Source: Myxococcota bacterium
Lineage (GTDB): Bacteria; Myxococcota_A; UBA9160; UBA4427
NCBI GenBank assembly: GCA_029941885.1
Contig: JAPYTP010000002.1
Coordinates: forward strand, 845 to 64,844
Reading direction: 5' to 3'
Length of the DNA: 64,000 nt
Positions 10,686-21,889 of the stretch are shown here, piece by piece (the stretch's first letter is position 1; each line of letters starts with the position of its first letter). Position numbers and translations under genes: made by a program. Under the pieces are notes generated by a model. That model made no database searches. It saw nothing but the letters and a program-made list of their open reading frames with translations, and was not told the origin of the DNA.

Positions 10686-11519
10686 CTACTCTCCGTTTTC
10701 GAAGCTCTCGTCCAGATTCGGAACGACCACGAGCTTGTTGTCCGGCCCCGCGAAGCTGTGGACCTCGATCTCGAAGGCGAGACGCAGGTTCTCGGGGGTC
10801 AGCACCGACTCCGGCGCTCCCTCGGCCACGACACCCCCCTCCCCGAGCAGCACGACACGATCGCAGGAGCGGGCGGCGAGGGAGAGATCGTGGGACACGA
10901 TCAGTGCCGCACGACCACAGCGTGCGAAGGCCCGCACCTCACGGAGCACCTCGACGCGGTGCTTCAGATCGAGGAACGCCGTCGGCTCGTCGAGCAGCAG
11001 GACTCCGGGATCCTGAACCAGCGCCCGCGCAAAGAGCACCAGCTGTCGCTCCCCGCCGGAGAGGGTCGTGATGTCCCGGTCTACCAGATGGTCGATTCCC
11101 AGTCGCTCGAGGGCCGCCAGCGCCAACTCGATGTCGTGCTCGCTTTCGAGTCCCACCAACGGCTGGTGCGGAGCCCGACCCATCAACACGAGCTCGCCGA
11201 CTCGGAAAGGGAAGGGCACGTGAAGGTCCTGGGGCACCAGAGCGATCTGCCGAGCGAGCGAGCGGCGCGGCATGTCCGCCACCGCGACTTCGCCGAGCAG
11301 GACTCGCCCCGCACCCGGGGCCAGCGCCGCGGAGGCGATCCGCAAGAGCGTCGTCTTGCCCACGCCGTTGCGACCGATCAGGCCCACCACCTCCCCCGGT
11401 CGAACCTCGAAGTCGATTCCCTCGAGAAGCGTCTCGCCACCGACCTGTGCCGTCACGAATTCGAAGCGAAGCCGCTCGCTCGGCGAGGATGTCGCGTGAG
11501 AGTCGACAGGACTGCTCAT
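10686..11519 (-). CDS. ABC transporter ATP-binding protein (FecE/BtuD/HmuV type)
   Basis: Walker A GRNGVGKTT, signature LSGGERQ and Walker B LLLDEP. It is adjacent to a FecCD-type permease. Confidence 0.9.
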   Translation of the reverse strand: MSSPVDSHATSSPSERLRFEFVTAQVGGETLLEGIDFEVRPGEVVGLIGRNGVGKTTLLRIASAALAPGAGRVLLGEVAVADMPRRSLARQIALVPQDLHVPFPFRVGELVLMGRAPHQPLVGLESEHDIELALAALERLGIDHLVDRDITTLSGGERQLVLFARALVQDPGVLLLDEPTAFLDLKHRVEVLREVRAFARCGRAALIVSHDLSLAARSCDRVVLLGEGGVVAEGAPESVLTPENLRLAFEIEVHSFAGPDNKLVVVPNLDESFENGE

Positions 11520-12601
11520 GCCATTGGCCCCCGCGCTTGCGAACGCCGTAGCAAGTAGATGAAGAGCGGCCCACCGACGAGTGCCGTCACCGCACCGACC
11601 GGGAGTTCACGCCCATCGAGGACGGTTCGGGCGACGGAGTCCGAGAGCACGAGAAAACCCGCACCGGTGAGCGCCGTCGCCGGGATCAACAAGCGGTGAT
11701 CGCTGCCGATCACGAGACGAAGGGCATGCGGGACGATCAAGCCCACGAAGCCGATCAGGCCCGAAACAGCAACGGCCGAACCGACCATGAGCGAAGTCGC
11801 GATCAGGAGCCAGCGTCGGTGGGACTCGACCGGTACACCGAGCTGCGACGCCGTCTCATCGCCTAACGCGAGCAGATTCAGACTGCGAGACAACGTGCAC
11901 GCCGTCGCCAGACCGAGGCCGACGCTGATTGCAACGATCGCTGCCGCGTCGATCTCGACGGCCGAAAGGTGGCCGATCAGCCACAGGAAGATCCGTGAAC
12001 CTTCGAAGAAGCCCGCGACCGACGCGATAAACACGATGCCCGCGGACGCGAAGGCATTGAACACGACGCCGGTCAGCAGCAAGCCGGTCGGCGAGCTGCG
12101 TCCACGCCCCCCGGAAACCCAGTAGAGAAGCGCGGTCGCGAACAGTCCCCCGCCAAAGGCGGCGATCGGTACGGCCTGCGTCGTCAGCGAGACAATACTT
12201 CCGAGCGCCAACACCGCGATTCCCGCCAGTGCTGCCCCCCCGGAGACGCCCAACACATAGGGATCGGCGAGCGGGTTTCTCAAGAGCGCCTGGAATACGG
12301 CCCCGGCCGTCGCGAGCGCCGCACCGACCAGGAGCCCCAGGATCACGCGCGGAAGCCGGATGCCGAGCACGATGTCGCGGGTCGCCGGATCGATCGACAC
12401 CTCATCACCGCCCAGGATCAGTTGGGCGACATCACCGACGCCTATGCTCGAGGGACCCGTCGCCAATGCCCCGAGCGCAATCAGCAGCAGGGCTCCCGCC
12501 AGCGTCCCGAGCACGATCAGCATGCGCGTCGCGGAGAGTGCGATCAAGGGGCCACCGCGTCTGGCTCTGCCTCGGGCCGCGCCCTCGGTCCCGACCGCCA
12601 C
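11516..12601 (-). CDS. FecCD-family ABC permease (BtuC/HmuU type)
   Basis: Polytopic 361-aa ORF with typical FecCD layout. It overlaps the ATPase start by 4 nt. The true start may be the internal ATG at 12523. Confidence 0.9.
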   Translation of the reverse strand: MAVGTEGAARGRARRGGPLIALSATRMLIVLGTLAGALLLIALGALATGPSSIGVGDVAQLILGGDEVSIDPATRDIVLGIRLPRVILGLLVGAALATAGAVFQALLRNPLADPYVLGVSGGAALAGIAVLALGSIVSLTTQAVPIAAFGGGLFATALLYWVSGGRGRSSPTGLLLTGVVFNAFASAGIVFIASVAGFFEGSRIFLWLIGHLSAVEIDAAAIVAISVGLGLATACTLSRSLNLLALGDETASQLGVPVESHRRWLLIATSLMVGSAVAVSGLIGFVGLIVPHALRLVIGSDHRLLIPATALTGAGFLVLSDSVARTVLDGRELPVGAVTALVGGPLFIYLLRRSQARGPMA

Positions 12602-13542
12602 GGCGGTGTCTCGCTGGCGTGATGCGTGCGCGACCTCGCCTTTCCGAGTGCCGCGTCGATGGCAATCCCTACGCCATCGCCGTGAACCGACAACGCCAGC
12701 TCACGCAGCGCCACGTCGAGATCCGGCCCTGGCATGCTCACCCGACTCGCCTCCACCGTCACCACGCGACCCGCGGCGACCGCCGGAAGGCTGGGCCATC
12801 GCGACCAGAACAGGGTCGCTTCTTCGGCCCCCGGCGTCATGTCGAGAAGCAGCTCCGGTCGCGCGGAGATCAGCCATTCGATCGACCCTCGAGGAAACCC
12901 CGCGGCCAGATCGCGCCCCAGGTTCCGCGCACCGACGATCTCCAGCATCTCGTCCAGGAACGTTTCCGCTCCAACCAGATAGAGAGGAGAGCGATCGACG
13001 ATCGCGAGGGTCGCCGGCTGGCTTCGCCCCAAGGCCGCGGTGGCAACGGCGCGGCGCATCTCGAGAATCGCTTCGATCCGCGATGCAGCCTCCTCCTTCC
13101 GATCGAGCAGGCGACCGAGGCGGTCGATGTTCTCGAGCACCTGGTCGAGACGTTCGTTGCGGAATATGTCGACTTCGAGACCGAGGCGCTCGAGGCGCTC
13201 GGCATGACTCTGCTGATCCACGCCCGCCACGATCAGTACCCGATCCGGACGCAGAGCGACGACCGCCTCGAGGCTCGGGTCAAAGAGCCCCCCCATCTTG
13301 GGAAGGCGTGCGGCCTCGGGAACGACCTGGGAGGAATAATCGTCGACCCCGACCAGGGCGTCGCCGGCACCCAGCCGAAACACGATCGCCGTCAGCGAGG
13401 GATTGAGCGAGATCAGGCGCGGGAGCGCATCCAACTCCGCCTCGGTCGCGATCGCCGGGCAGACGATCGCGGCGAATCCCGCCAGGACCGCGGCCGCCGA
13501 AGCTCTGATCGACCTCGAACGAATACGCCCTCGCTTCTTCAC
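12544..13542 (-). CDS. periplasmic substrate-binding protein (BtuF/FepB class, iron-siderophore/heme/cobalamin type)
   Basis: Trimmed to the GTG at 13542 (SD AGGAAGAG upstream). Signal peptide KKRGRIRSRSIRASAAAVLAGFAAIVCPAIA. The LISLNPSLTAIVF..GVDDYS motif is typical of cluster-A binding proteins. Confidence 0.8.
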   Translation of the reverse strand: MKKRGRIRSRSIRASAAAVLAGFAAIVCPAIATEAELDALPRLISLNPSLTAIVFRLGAGDALVGVDDYSSQVVPEAARLPKMGGLFDPSLEAVVALRPDRVLIVAGVDQQSHAERLERLGLEVDIFRNERLDQVLENIDRLGRLLDRKEEAASRIEAILEMRRAVATAALGRSQPATLAIVDRSPLYLVGAETFLDEMLEIVGARNLGRDLAAGFPRGSIEWLISARPELLLDMTPGAEEATLFWSRWPSLPAVAAGRVVTVEASRVSMPGPDLDVALRELALSVHGDGVGIAIDAALGKARSRTHHASETPPWRSGPRARPEAEPDAVAP

Positions 13543-13724
13543 TACGAACCTGCTCTTCCTCGATCGGGTCGATGCCTGCGCATCGCGTGAAGTCGGCCAC
13601 GCCACGCGACTCTCGGTCGGGCCGATCGGCGGCGCCATCTGGAAATCGATCGGTCCATCATAGTCGCCGATCGGTCCCTCGCTCGCGATCCAATCACCCC
13701 GAGGACGTGCACCCGGTTCGGCGC

Positions 13725-13747
13725 GCCGGGGCTTCGCGGGCCCCGGC
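13725..13747 (-). terminator. stem-loop downstream of comEA (terminator-like, no U-tract)
   Basis: GCCGGGGC-N7-GCCCCGGC, 12 nt after the comEA stop. No T-run follows on the minus strand, so function is uncertain. Confidence 0.3.
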
Positions 13748-13758
13748 TCGCCTACGGA

Positions 13759-14070
13759 TCACTTCTTTGCAGCTCGCGCACTCTTTCGCGACTTCGAGCC
13801 GACCTTGAGCAGCGGCCGCAATCGTGCCGCGAGCGACGGTCCGATGCCCCGCACCGCTTCGAGCTCTTCCATCGACTGGAAGCCTCCCGTCGCGTCACGC
13901 ACCGCAAGGATCGCTGCCGCCTTGACCTCTCCGATTCCAGGCAAGGCCTCGAGTTGCTCAGCGGTCGCGCGATTCAGGTCGAGTGGCGCCTTGCCGCTCT
14001 CGGCGTCCGCCGCGGCCACCCCCGCACCGAGGAACAGGGCCAGCACGAGAAATGCGAACGCGTTCTTCAT
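13759..14070 (-). CDS. comEA: ComEA-family helix-hairpin-helix DNA-binding protein
   Basis: Trimmed to the ATG at 14070 (SD GGGAGGA). Signal peptide MKNAFAFLVLALFLGAGVAAA followed by LDLNRATAEQLEALPGIGEVKAAAIL..LEAVRGIGPSLAARL. Confidence 0.8.
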   Translation of the reverse strand: MKNAFAFLVLALFLGAGVAAADAESGKAPLDLNRATAEQLEALPGIGEVKAAAILAVRDATGGFQSMEELEAVRGIGPSLAARLRPLLKVGSKSRKSARAAKK

Positions 14071-14275
14071 TCCTCCCGAATCTTCGCGAAGAACATCCCG
14101 CGGCGACCGGTCCGCGTCACTGCGCGTCCCGCTCGACTCCGGTTCGCGACAGCGCACGGATGGATTCAGCTTGATCAACATGGATTCGAACTCCCAGGGA
14201 CCTGGGGTGAAACGATGGGGTGGTGAAGATCGCGTCGCAGCAGATGAGCGTCGACTCGTCCGCATCGACGCCGAG

Positions 14276-14305
14276 CGGGGCCGATCGGGGCCGATCGGGG
14301 CCGAA
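14276..14305. repeat. tandem 10-mer (CGGGGCCGAT) x3, intergenic
   Basis: Read directly: cggggccgat cggggccgat cggggccgaa. It lies between the polyprenyl synthase stop and the comEA start. Confidence 0.8.
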
Positions 14306-14318
14306 GGATCTCGTCGTC

Positions 14319-15380
14319 CTACCGATCTCGGGCGACGGAGAACTCGGCTGCCGAACGAAGGGCTTGTTTGGCCGGACCATCGGGGAAGGGAGCGATTGCA
14401 TCGAGTGCCTTTGTGACATGTTCCTCGGCGCGACGCTGGGTGTCGGCGAGCCCGCGATAGGTCGTCACCAGGTCGGCGATCGGGGCCAAGCCGAACTCCG
14501 GCGAATCCAGGGGTGCCATCCCACCGTGCGCGTCCGCCAACCGCGCGGCACCCTTCAAGACACTCGCAACATGATCGCGCTCACCCACCGGACAACGCTT
14601 CAGGGTCAGAATCAATGGCAGCGTGATCTTCCCCTCGCGCAGGTCGGCGAAGGGTTCCTTCCCGAGCTCCGAGAGCTCCGCATCGTAGTCGAGGCAATCG
14701 TCGCGCAGCTGAAATGCGAGTCCGAGCTGGCGACCGTATTCACAGATCCGGTTGCGCTCGTTTCGCGTGACGCCGCCGAGCAGCGAGCCGATCTCGCAAC
14801 AGTTCGAAAGAAGGGTCGCGCTCTTTCGCTCGATCACATCGTAGTAGTGCGCTTCGGTCACATCGACGTCGAAACTTCGTTCCAGTTGCAGCAGCTCACC
14901 TTCGGCCATCAACCGGATCGTGTTCGCGTAGCTCTCGACGATCGCAAGATTTCCGTCTTCGACGATGATCGACGACGCCCGCGCGTAGAAGAAGTCGCCG
15001 GCCAGTACGGCGCGCCGATTGCCCCAGATCGCGTTCGCGGAAGGTTGCCCGCGACGCATCTCCGCCAGATCCACGATGTCATCGTGAACCAGCGTGGCGG
15101 TGTGGAGAAGTTCGAGGGCGGCGGCCAGCTCGATCCGTCGGGGCCCCGAATATCCGCACAGCTCCGCAGCGAGAAGTACGAGCGCCGGTCGAAGTCGCTT
15201 GCCGCCCGAGGACAGGAGATGGGTTCCCAGGACGCCGATCAGCTCTGCCTTCGATTCGACGGTGTCGCGCAGCGACGCCTCCACCAGAGCCATGTCGGGA
15301 GCGATTCGCGCGAAGACTTCGGCGATGCTCTGCTTCGCCGTGTCGGCTCGATGCGTGTCGTGGGGCGGGGGGCCTGCCAT
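14319..15380 (-). CDS. long-chain polyprenyl diphosphate synthase (IspB/HepT-like)
   Basis: First and second Asp-rich motifs are present: LVHDDIVDLAEMRRG and FQLRDDCLDY. Confidence 0.9.
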   Translation of the reverse strand: MAGPPPHDTHRADTAKQSIAEVFARIAPDMALVEASLRDTVESKAELIGVLGTHLLSSGGKRLRPALVLLAAELCGYSGPRRIELAAALELLHTATLVHDDIVDLAEMRRGQPSANAIWGNRRAVLAGDFFYARASSIIVEDGNLAIVESYANTIRLMAEGELLQLERSFDVDVTEAHYYDVIERKSATLLSNCCEIGSLLGGVTRNERNRICEYGRQLGLAFQLRDDCLDYDAELSELGKEPFADLREGKITLPLILTLKRCPVGERDHVASVLKGAARLADAHGGMAPLDSPEFGLAPIADLVTTYRGLADTQRRAEEHVTKALDAIAPFPDGPAKQALRSAAEFSVARDR

Positions 15381-15386
15381 GTCGGC

Positions 15387-15415
15387 ACCTTAGCCGCGGG
15401 GCCCTGTCGTGTCAA
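15387..15415 (-). promoter_or_regulatory. sigma70-like promoter placed for a leaderless polyprenyl-synthase mRNA
   Basis: On the minus strand: TTGACA, 17 nt, TAAGGT, 6 nt, ATG. A T-rich UP-like tract (GTGTTTTTTGAGATTCTTTTCTT) lies immediately upstream. No SD is possible. Confidence 0.5.
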
Positions 15416-15517
15416 AGAAAAGAATCTCAAAAAACACTTCAAAATCAGGTGTTTACCAACGTTCACGAAACCGGGTTCGAAACGCAAAGGGAGGGCACGG
15501 GGGCTTCGATCAGCGAC

Positions 15518-16987
15518 TCATGAAAACCCACCTGGCACGCCATTGTGTTCCAGCCAGTCCACCGCCTGCGCCACTTCCTCTATGGGAACAAGTTCGCAAT
15601 CTGTTCTCTTGCCTGTCGCTGCGGCGCCGCCCGCGGCGTCTTTCGACCGCCGTTCGAGTTGCTCGCGATGGCACACCGCCGGCACGAGGAGCCTTCGAAA
15701 TCCCAACCGCTCCGCCTCGGCCACCCTCACATCGAGGCGCGAGACCCGTCGCACCTCACCCCCCAAGCCGATTTCCCCCACCGCGGCGGTGTCCGGCGGG
15801 ACCGCGCGGTCGAGCCGACTCGAAGCGATCGCAAGCGCGATCCCGAGATCCGCCGCGGGCTCCGCAACGCGCACGCCCCCAGCCGCCTTCGCATACACGT
15901 CCTGGGAAAGAAGATCGATGCGACTGCGGCGGTCGAGCACCGCCAACAGAAGCGCGACCCGCGCGTCTTCCAGGCCGAGCGTCGTCCGACGGGGAGTGCC
16001 ATAGGGCGCCGGCGCAACGAGCGCCTGCAATTCGACGAGCATCGGACGTGAGCCCTCGAGCAACGGGATCACACAGCTCCCCGGTGCACGTGTACTTCGC
16101 TCTTCCAGGAACAGCTCGCTCGGGTTCTCGACCGCTTCGAGCCCGTGGCTCGCCATGCTGAGCACTCCGATTTCCTGGGTCGAACCGAAGCGATTCTTCG
16201 AGGCCCGGAGCAGGCGGAAGGCGTGCGACCGATCCCCCTCGAAGGTCAGCACGACATCGACGAGATGCTCGAGAACGCGAGGACCAGCCAACGTCCCGTC
16301 CTTCGTGACATGTCCGATCAAGAGCAGAATCGACCCGACCTTCTTTGCCGTCGCCGCCAATTGCGCGGCGGATTCCCGAACCTGCGCCACGGAACCGGCG
16401 GCCGATTCGATCGCATCCGTCTGGATCGTCTGGATCGAGTCGACGACCACGAACGCCGGCACGAGCTCTTTCCAGGGGCCCGCGAGCGCCTCGACACGAG
16501 TCGAGGTCATCACCTGCAGCGAGCCGCCGAGACCCGGCAAGCGCTCCGCGCGCAGGCGGATCTGTTCGGCGCTCTCCTCGCCACTGACATAGAGAACCGA
16601 ATGACCGGCCGCGGCGAGACCCCCCGCCACCTGCAGCGCGAGTGTCGATTTTCCGATCCCGGGATCGCCCCCGAGCAGCACCACCGACCCCGGAACGAAT
16701 CCCCCACCCAGCACCCGGTCGAGTTCACCCTCGCCACTCGGGAGCCGAGGGCTCGCATCCATATCGATTTCCGAAAGGCGCCGGGGCTTTTCGTCCTCCG
16801 CCGCCGGAACCATTGCCGGCAGTCCCGCAGCCCCTCGACCAGAGCCCTTGGCTGCAGCGGATCTGGGGGCCTCGTAGGTTTCCTCGACCAGGCTGTCCCA
16901 CTGACCGCAATCGGGACAGCGGCCATGCCATTGCGGATGTTGTGCCCCGCAGGATTGACAGGAATGGACGGTTCTTCGCTTCGCCAC
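15518..16987 (-). CDS. radA: DNA repair protein RadA/Sms
   Basis: Trimmed to the GTG at 16987. Zn finger CQSCGA..CPDCGQW, Walker A GDPGIGKST, KNRFG motif and a Lon-protease-like C-terminal domain. Confidence 0.95.
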   Translation of the reverse strand: MAKRRTVHSCQSCGAQHPQWHGRCPDCGQWDSLVEETYEAPRSAAAKGSGRGAAGLPAMVPAAEDEKPRRLSEIDMDASPRLPSGEGELDRVLGGGFVPGSVVLLGGDPGIGKSTLALQVAGGLAAAGHSVLYVSGEESAEQIRLRAERLPGLGGSLQVMTSTRVEALAGPWKELVPAFVVVDSIQTIQTDAIESAAGSVAQVRESAAQLAATAKKVGSILLLIGHVTKDGTLAGPRVLEHLVDVVLTFEGDRSHAFRLLRASKNRFGSTQEIGVLSMASHGLEAVENPSELFLEERSTRAPGSCVIPLLEGSRPMLVELQALVAPAPYGTPRRTTLGLEDARVALLLAVLDRRSRIDLLSQDVYAKAAGGVRVAEPAADLGIALAIASSRLDRAVPPDTAAVGEIGLGGEVRRVSRLDVRVAEAERLGFRRLLVPAVCHREQLERRSKDAAGGAAATGKRTDCELVPIEEVAQAVDWLEHNGVPGGFS

Positions 16988-17104
16988 GCAGCCCCCTTTG
17001 CTCTCCGCACGTCCCTCCGCGGACCAGGCGCGGTCGCGGCAGGTCAGCGGACGAAAACAAGGTGAATGTAGGCGGTCTCGTAGCCCCAGGGCAGGGGGAG
17101 AAGC

Positions 17105-17138
17105 GCTGTCAACTCCGATACATGACCTGGTTGACAGC
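17105..17138. promoter_or_regulatory. candidate BirA operator (bioO) overlapping the bioB promoter -35
   Basis: Perfect inverted repeat GCTGTCAAC-N16-GTTGACAGC, 49 nt upstream of the bioB ATG. The half-site type is TGTnAAC/GTTnACA. The right arm contains TTGACA, followed by 18 nt and TAGGCT. Confidence 0.6.
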
Positions 17139-17186
17139 TCCACCGCGTCGAGGTTAGGCTGCCGCGCCGACTAGGAGGCCCGGCCC

Positions 17187-18287
17187 ATGTCGACACCCGA
17201 TTCCACCCTCGATCGGTACACAGCACTGACCCGCAACGCTCTCGCAGGCACCGCCCCCAGCGAGGCCGAGGCGCTCTGGATCCTCGACGGTGAGGATGTC
17301 GAGCTGCTCCCTCTCCTCCACGCAGCCTACGAGCCCCGCCGCCGCGCATTCGGTCGCCGGGTCATGGTCCATGTCCTGAACAATGTCCAGAACGGCCTCT
17401 GCCCAGAGGACTGTGGCTACTGCTCCCAGAACAAGGACTCCGCTGCGGCGATCCGGAAATACGCCATGAAGAGCGACGAGGCGATTCTCGCGGAGGCCGA
17501 GGCCGCCGCGATGTCCGGTGCGACCCGCTACTGCATGGTGCTCTCCGGTCGTGGCCCGACGGTGGATCGCACGAAGCGGATCGGCGGACTCATTCGCGAG
17601 ATCAAATCGCGCTGGCCGATCGAGGTCTGTCTGTCCGCCGGACTGATGGGCGACGAGCACGCGCAGATCCTCAAGGAGGCCGGACTCGACCGGATGAACC
17701 ACAACCTGAACACGAGCGAACGACGCTACAACGAGATCACGACGACCCATTCCTACGCCGATCGTGTCGCGACGCTCGAAGCCGCGAAGCGAAACGGCAT
17801 CGAAAGCTGCTCGGGGATGATCGTCGGAATGGGCGAGACTTCGATCGACATCGTCGAGGTCGCCTTCAAACTCCGCGAACTCGAAGTGCCGTCGATCCCG
17901 GTGAATTTCCTGATTCCAATCGACGGCAACCGCGTCCAGGACGATGGCAGCCTGACCCCGGAGCATTGCTTGCGGGCCCTTTGTCTCATGCGTTTCGTGA
18001 ACCCGACAGCGGAGATTCGCGTCGCTGGGGGTCGCGAAGGCCATCTGCGTTCGATGCAATCCCTCTCGCTCTATCCGGCGAACTCTCTGTTCGTCGAGGG
18101 CTATCTCACGACCCGGGGCGATCCGATCGAGGATACGTACGCAATGATTCGCGACGCGGGCTTCGAAGTCGACGGGAACGACGCCTACCGCGAGGCGCAG
18201 GCGGCTCGCGCCGAAAAGGGCCGCTCGCAGTTTCGGATTCCGGGCGGGGGCGATGAGCTTCTGAAGCCCGAGATCGCGCGGGCGTGA
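17187..18287 (+). CDS. bioB: biotin synthase
   Basis: Radical-SAM motif CPEDCGYCSQ and full-length BioB-like sequence. SD AGGAGG lies 8 nt upstream. Confidence 0.95.
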   Translation: MSTPDSTLDRYTALTRNALAGTAPSEAEALWILDGEDVELLPLLHAAYEPRRRAFGRRVMVHVLNNVQNGLCPEDCGYCSQNKDSAAAIRKYAMKSDEAILAEAEAAAMSGATRYCMVLSGRGPTVDRTKRIGGLIREIKSRWPIEVCLSAGLMGDEHAQILKEAGLDRMNHNLNTSERRYNEITTTHSYADRVATLEAAKRNGIESCSGMIVGMGETSIDIVEVAFKLRELEVPSIPVNFLIPIDGNRVQDDGSLTPEHCLRALCLMRFVNPTAEIRVAGGREGHLRSMQSLSLYPANSLFVEGYLTTRGDPIEDTYAMIRDAGFEVDGNDAYREAQAARAEKGRSQFRIPGGGDELLKPEIARA

Positions 18288-19489
18288 CGAGGCCCGGTCA
18301 CAGCTCTCGCCAGAGCCCCCTCGACGCGCTGGCAGACGAGGTGCTGAACGACATCCGCGAGCGCGGGACCTACCGACGCATGCGGGTGCTCGGCGGACTG
18401 CAGGCCCCGCGGATGCAGGTCGACGGACGCGACGTTCTCCTCTTTGCGGGAAGCAACTATCTCGATCTCGCGCGTCACCCCGAGGTCGTCGATGCCGCCG
18501 CACGCGGCTCGCGTCGGTGGGGCTGTGCCGCCGGGGGTTCACGCCTCATCACCGGCAATCTCGAATGCCACGAGGCGCTCGAGAACGAACTCGCCGGTTT
18601 CTTCGACTGCGAAGCCGCACTCGCCTTCAACACGGGATACATGGCGAATGTCGGGGTGATACCCGCACTGGTGGGTGAGGGCGACGTCCTGATCTCGGAC
18701 GAACTGAATCACGCTTCGATCATCGACGGCGCAAAGCTCGCTCGGACCGAGGTCGCGGTCTTCCGCCACGGCGATGTCGATTCGTTCGCAGAGACCCTCG
18801 AACGCGTCCGCCCGGATGCGCGTCGTATATTGGTGGCGGTTGATGGCGTCTACAGCATGCATGGCGATGTCGCACCGGTCGCCGAAATCGTGAAACGCGC
18901 GCACGAGGCAGACGCGTTCGTTCTGCTCGACGATGCCCATGGGACCGGGTGCCTGGGAGTGCGAGGGCGTGGAACGGCAGAAGCCGCTGGCGTCCTCGGC
19001 GAAGTCGACATTCTGATGGGGACGCTCGGCAAGTCCATCGGATCCTTCGGTGCATTCGTGGTGGGCTCGGCCAAACTGCGCGATCTGCTCGTGAACACCG
19101 CTCGAAGCTTCATCTTTTCCTGCGCACTCGCGCCCGCGCAGGTCGAGGCCGCACGAGTCTCCCTTCGCCTGATCGACGAAGAAAGCTGGCGAAGGCATCG
19201 CCTCGCCGAGAATTCCGAGCGCTTGCGGAATGGACTCGCGCGCGCGGGGATTTCGACGGCGCCGAGCACGACGCATATCATCCCGGTCGTCTTGGGCGAA
19301 AACGAGCGCACGATGGCAGTGTGTGAAGCGCTGCTCGAGCGCGGATACTATGCGCAGGGAATTCGTCATCCCTCCGTGCCCCGCGGACACGCCCGCTTGC
19401 GAATCACGCCGATGGCGACCCACGACGAATCGGAGATCGACGGCCTCGTTGCGGCGATCGCCGATCTCTATTCCCAGATTGCCGAGTAG
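18284..19489 (+). CDS. bioF: 8-amino-7-oxononanoate synthase
   Basis: Class II PLP aminotransferase / alpha-oxoamine synthase layout, with GTLGKS PLP-lysine context. It overlaps the bioB stop by 4 nt. Confidence 0.9.
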   Translation: MTRPGHSSRQSPLDALADEVLNDIRERGTYRRMRVLGGLQAPRMQVDGRDVLLFAGSNYLDLARHPEVVDAAARGSRRWGCAAGGSRLITGNLECHEALENELAGFFDCEAALAFNTGYMANVGVIPALVGEGDVLISDELNHASIIDGAKLARTEVAVFRHGDVDSFAETLERVRPDARRILVAVDGVYSMHGDVAPVAEIVKRAHEADAFVLLDDAHGTGCLGVRGRGTAEAAGVLGEVDILMGTLGKSIGSFGAFVVGSAKLRDLLVNTARSFIFSCALAPAQVEAARVSLRLIDEESWRRHRLAENSERLRNGLARAGISTAPSTTHIIPVVLGENERTMAVCEALLERGYYAQGIRHPSVPRGHARLRITPMATHDESEIDGLVAAIADLYSQIAE

Positions 19490-20962
<1,473 letters not shown>

Positions 20963-20970
<8 letters not shown>

Positions 20971-21889
20971 CGCGCGGCATCCCAACGCGCCCGAGTGGTA
21001 TCGCAACGCCCTCGCGGTCCCACGCACGGACGAAAGGGTCGAAGTCGACGGCTGTTCCATCCACTACCTCGCCTGGGGCGAACGCGGCCGACGTGGCATC
21101 GTCTTCGTCCATGGCGGCGGTGCCCACGGTCATTGGTGGACCCACGTCTCAGCACGTTATGCAAGCCGCTTCCGCGTCGCGGCGATCGACCTTTCGGGCC
21201 ACGGCGACAGTGGACGCCGCGAACGCTACAGCCTGGAAGGCTGGACGAACGAAGTCCTGGCGGTCGCCGAAGATTCGGGAATGAGCGAGAAGCCCGTTCT
21301 CGTCGGCCATAGCATGGGCGGATTCGTCACGATCGCAACATCGGCCCTCCACCCCGGTTCCCTGGCTGGCGTGGTGGTCTGCGATTCTCCGATCAGTGCA
21401 CCGGACCCCGAAGTGGACGCGCACCGTATGGGGGCTGCCTTCGGCAAGCCCCGTTTCTATTCATCGAGAAAAGAAGCCCTCGATCGCTTCCGGACCGTGC
21501 CTCCCCAGGAGCACTATCTCGACTACGTGATGGCGGACGTCGCCCATCATTCCCTGCGAGAGACCGGGGAGGGTTGGCTCTGGAAATTCGATCATCTGGC
21601 CTTTACCGCGTTCGACGAAAACCCCCGAGTCGCTGCGCGACCCTATCTTCCGAAGGTGAACTGCCGTCTGGCTGTGCTGGCCGCCGAGTGCGGACTGGTG
21701 ACCGAGGATGTGGGCGCCTACATGTACGACCTGATGGGACGGGTGAATCCGGTGATCGAGATCCCACTTGCGGGCCATCATCTGATGCTCGACCAGCCGC
21801 TGCTGCTGATCTCGGCGCTGAACACCCTGTTGGCGGATTGGGATCATTCCGAACCGCGGCAGCGCCGGAACCAGGCCCCGCGTCCCTGA
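20963..21889 (+). CDS. alpha/beta-fold hydrolase
   Basis: Oxyanion HGGG and nucleophile elbow GHSMGG. It overlaps the preceding gene by 8 nt. Confidence 0.8.

Noticed and set aside
13543-13758. Possible cobalamin riboswitch upstream of the BtuF-like binding-protein gene.
   Set aside because: I could not find the B12 box (GCCACTG-type core) or the conserved AGGGAA / GGTGNAAATCC elements on the minus strand. Only repeated CCGATCGG palindromes are present. An Infernal scan would be decisive.
14220-16004. Very long ORFs antisense to or out of frame with real genes. Examples: 14220..16004 (+), 17154..18542 (-), 43979..45175 (-), 27963..29207 (+), 57010..58299 (+).
   Set aside because: Their translations are Arg/Pro/Gly/Ala-rich low-complexity sequence with no motifs. 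Each fully overlaps a confidently identified gene on the other strand. This is typical shadow-ORF behaviour in GC-rich DNA.
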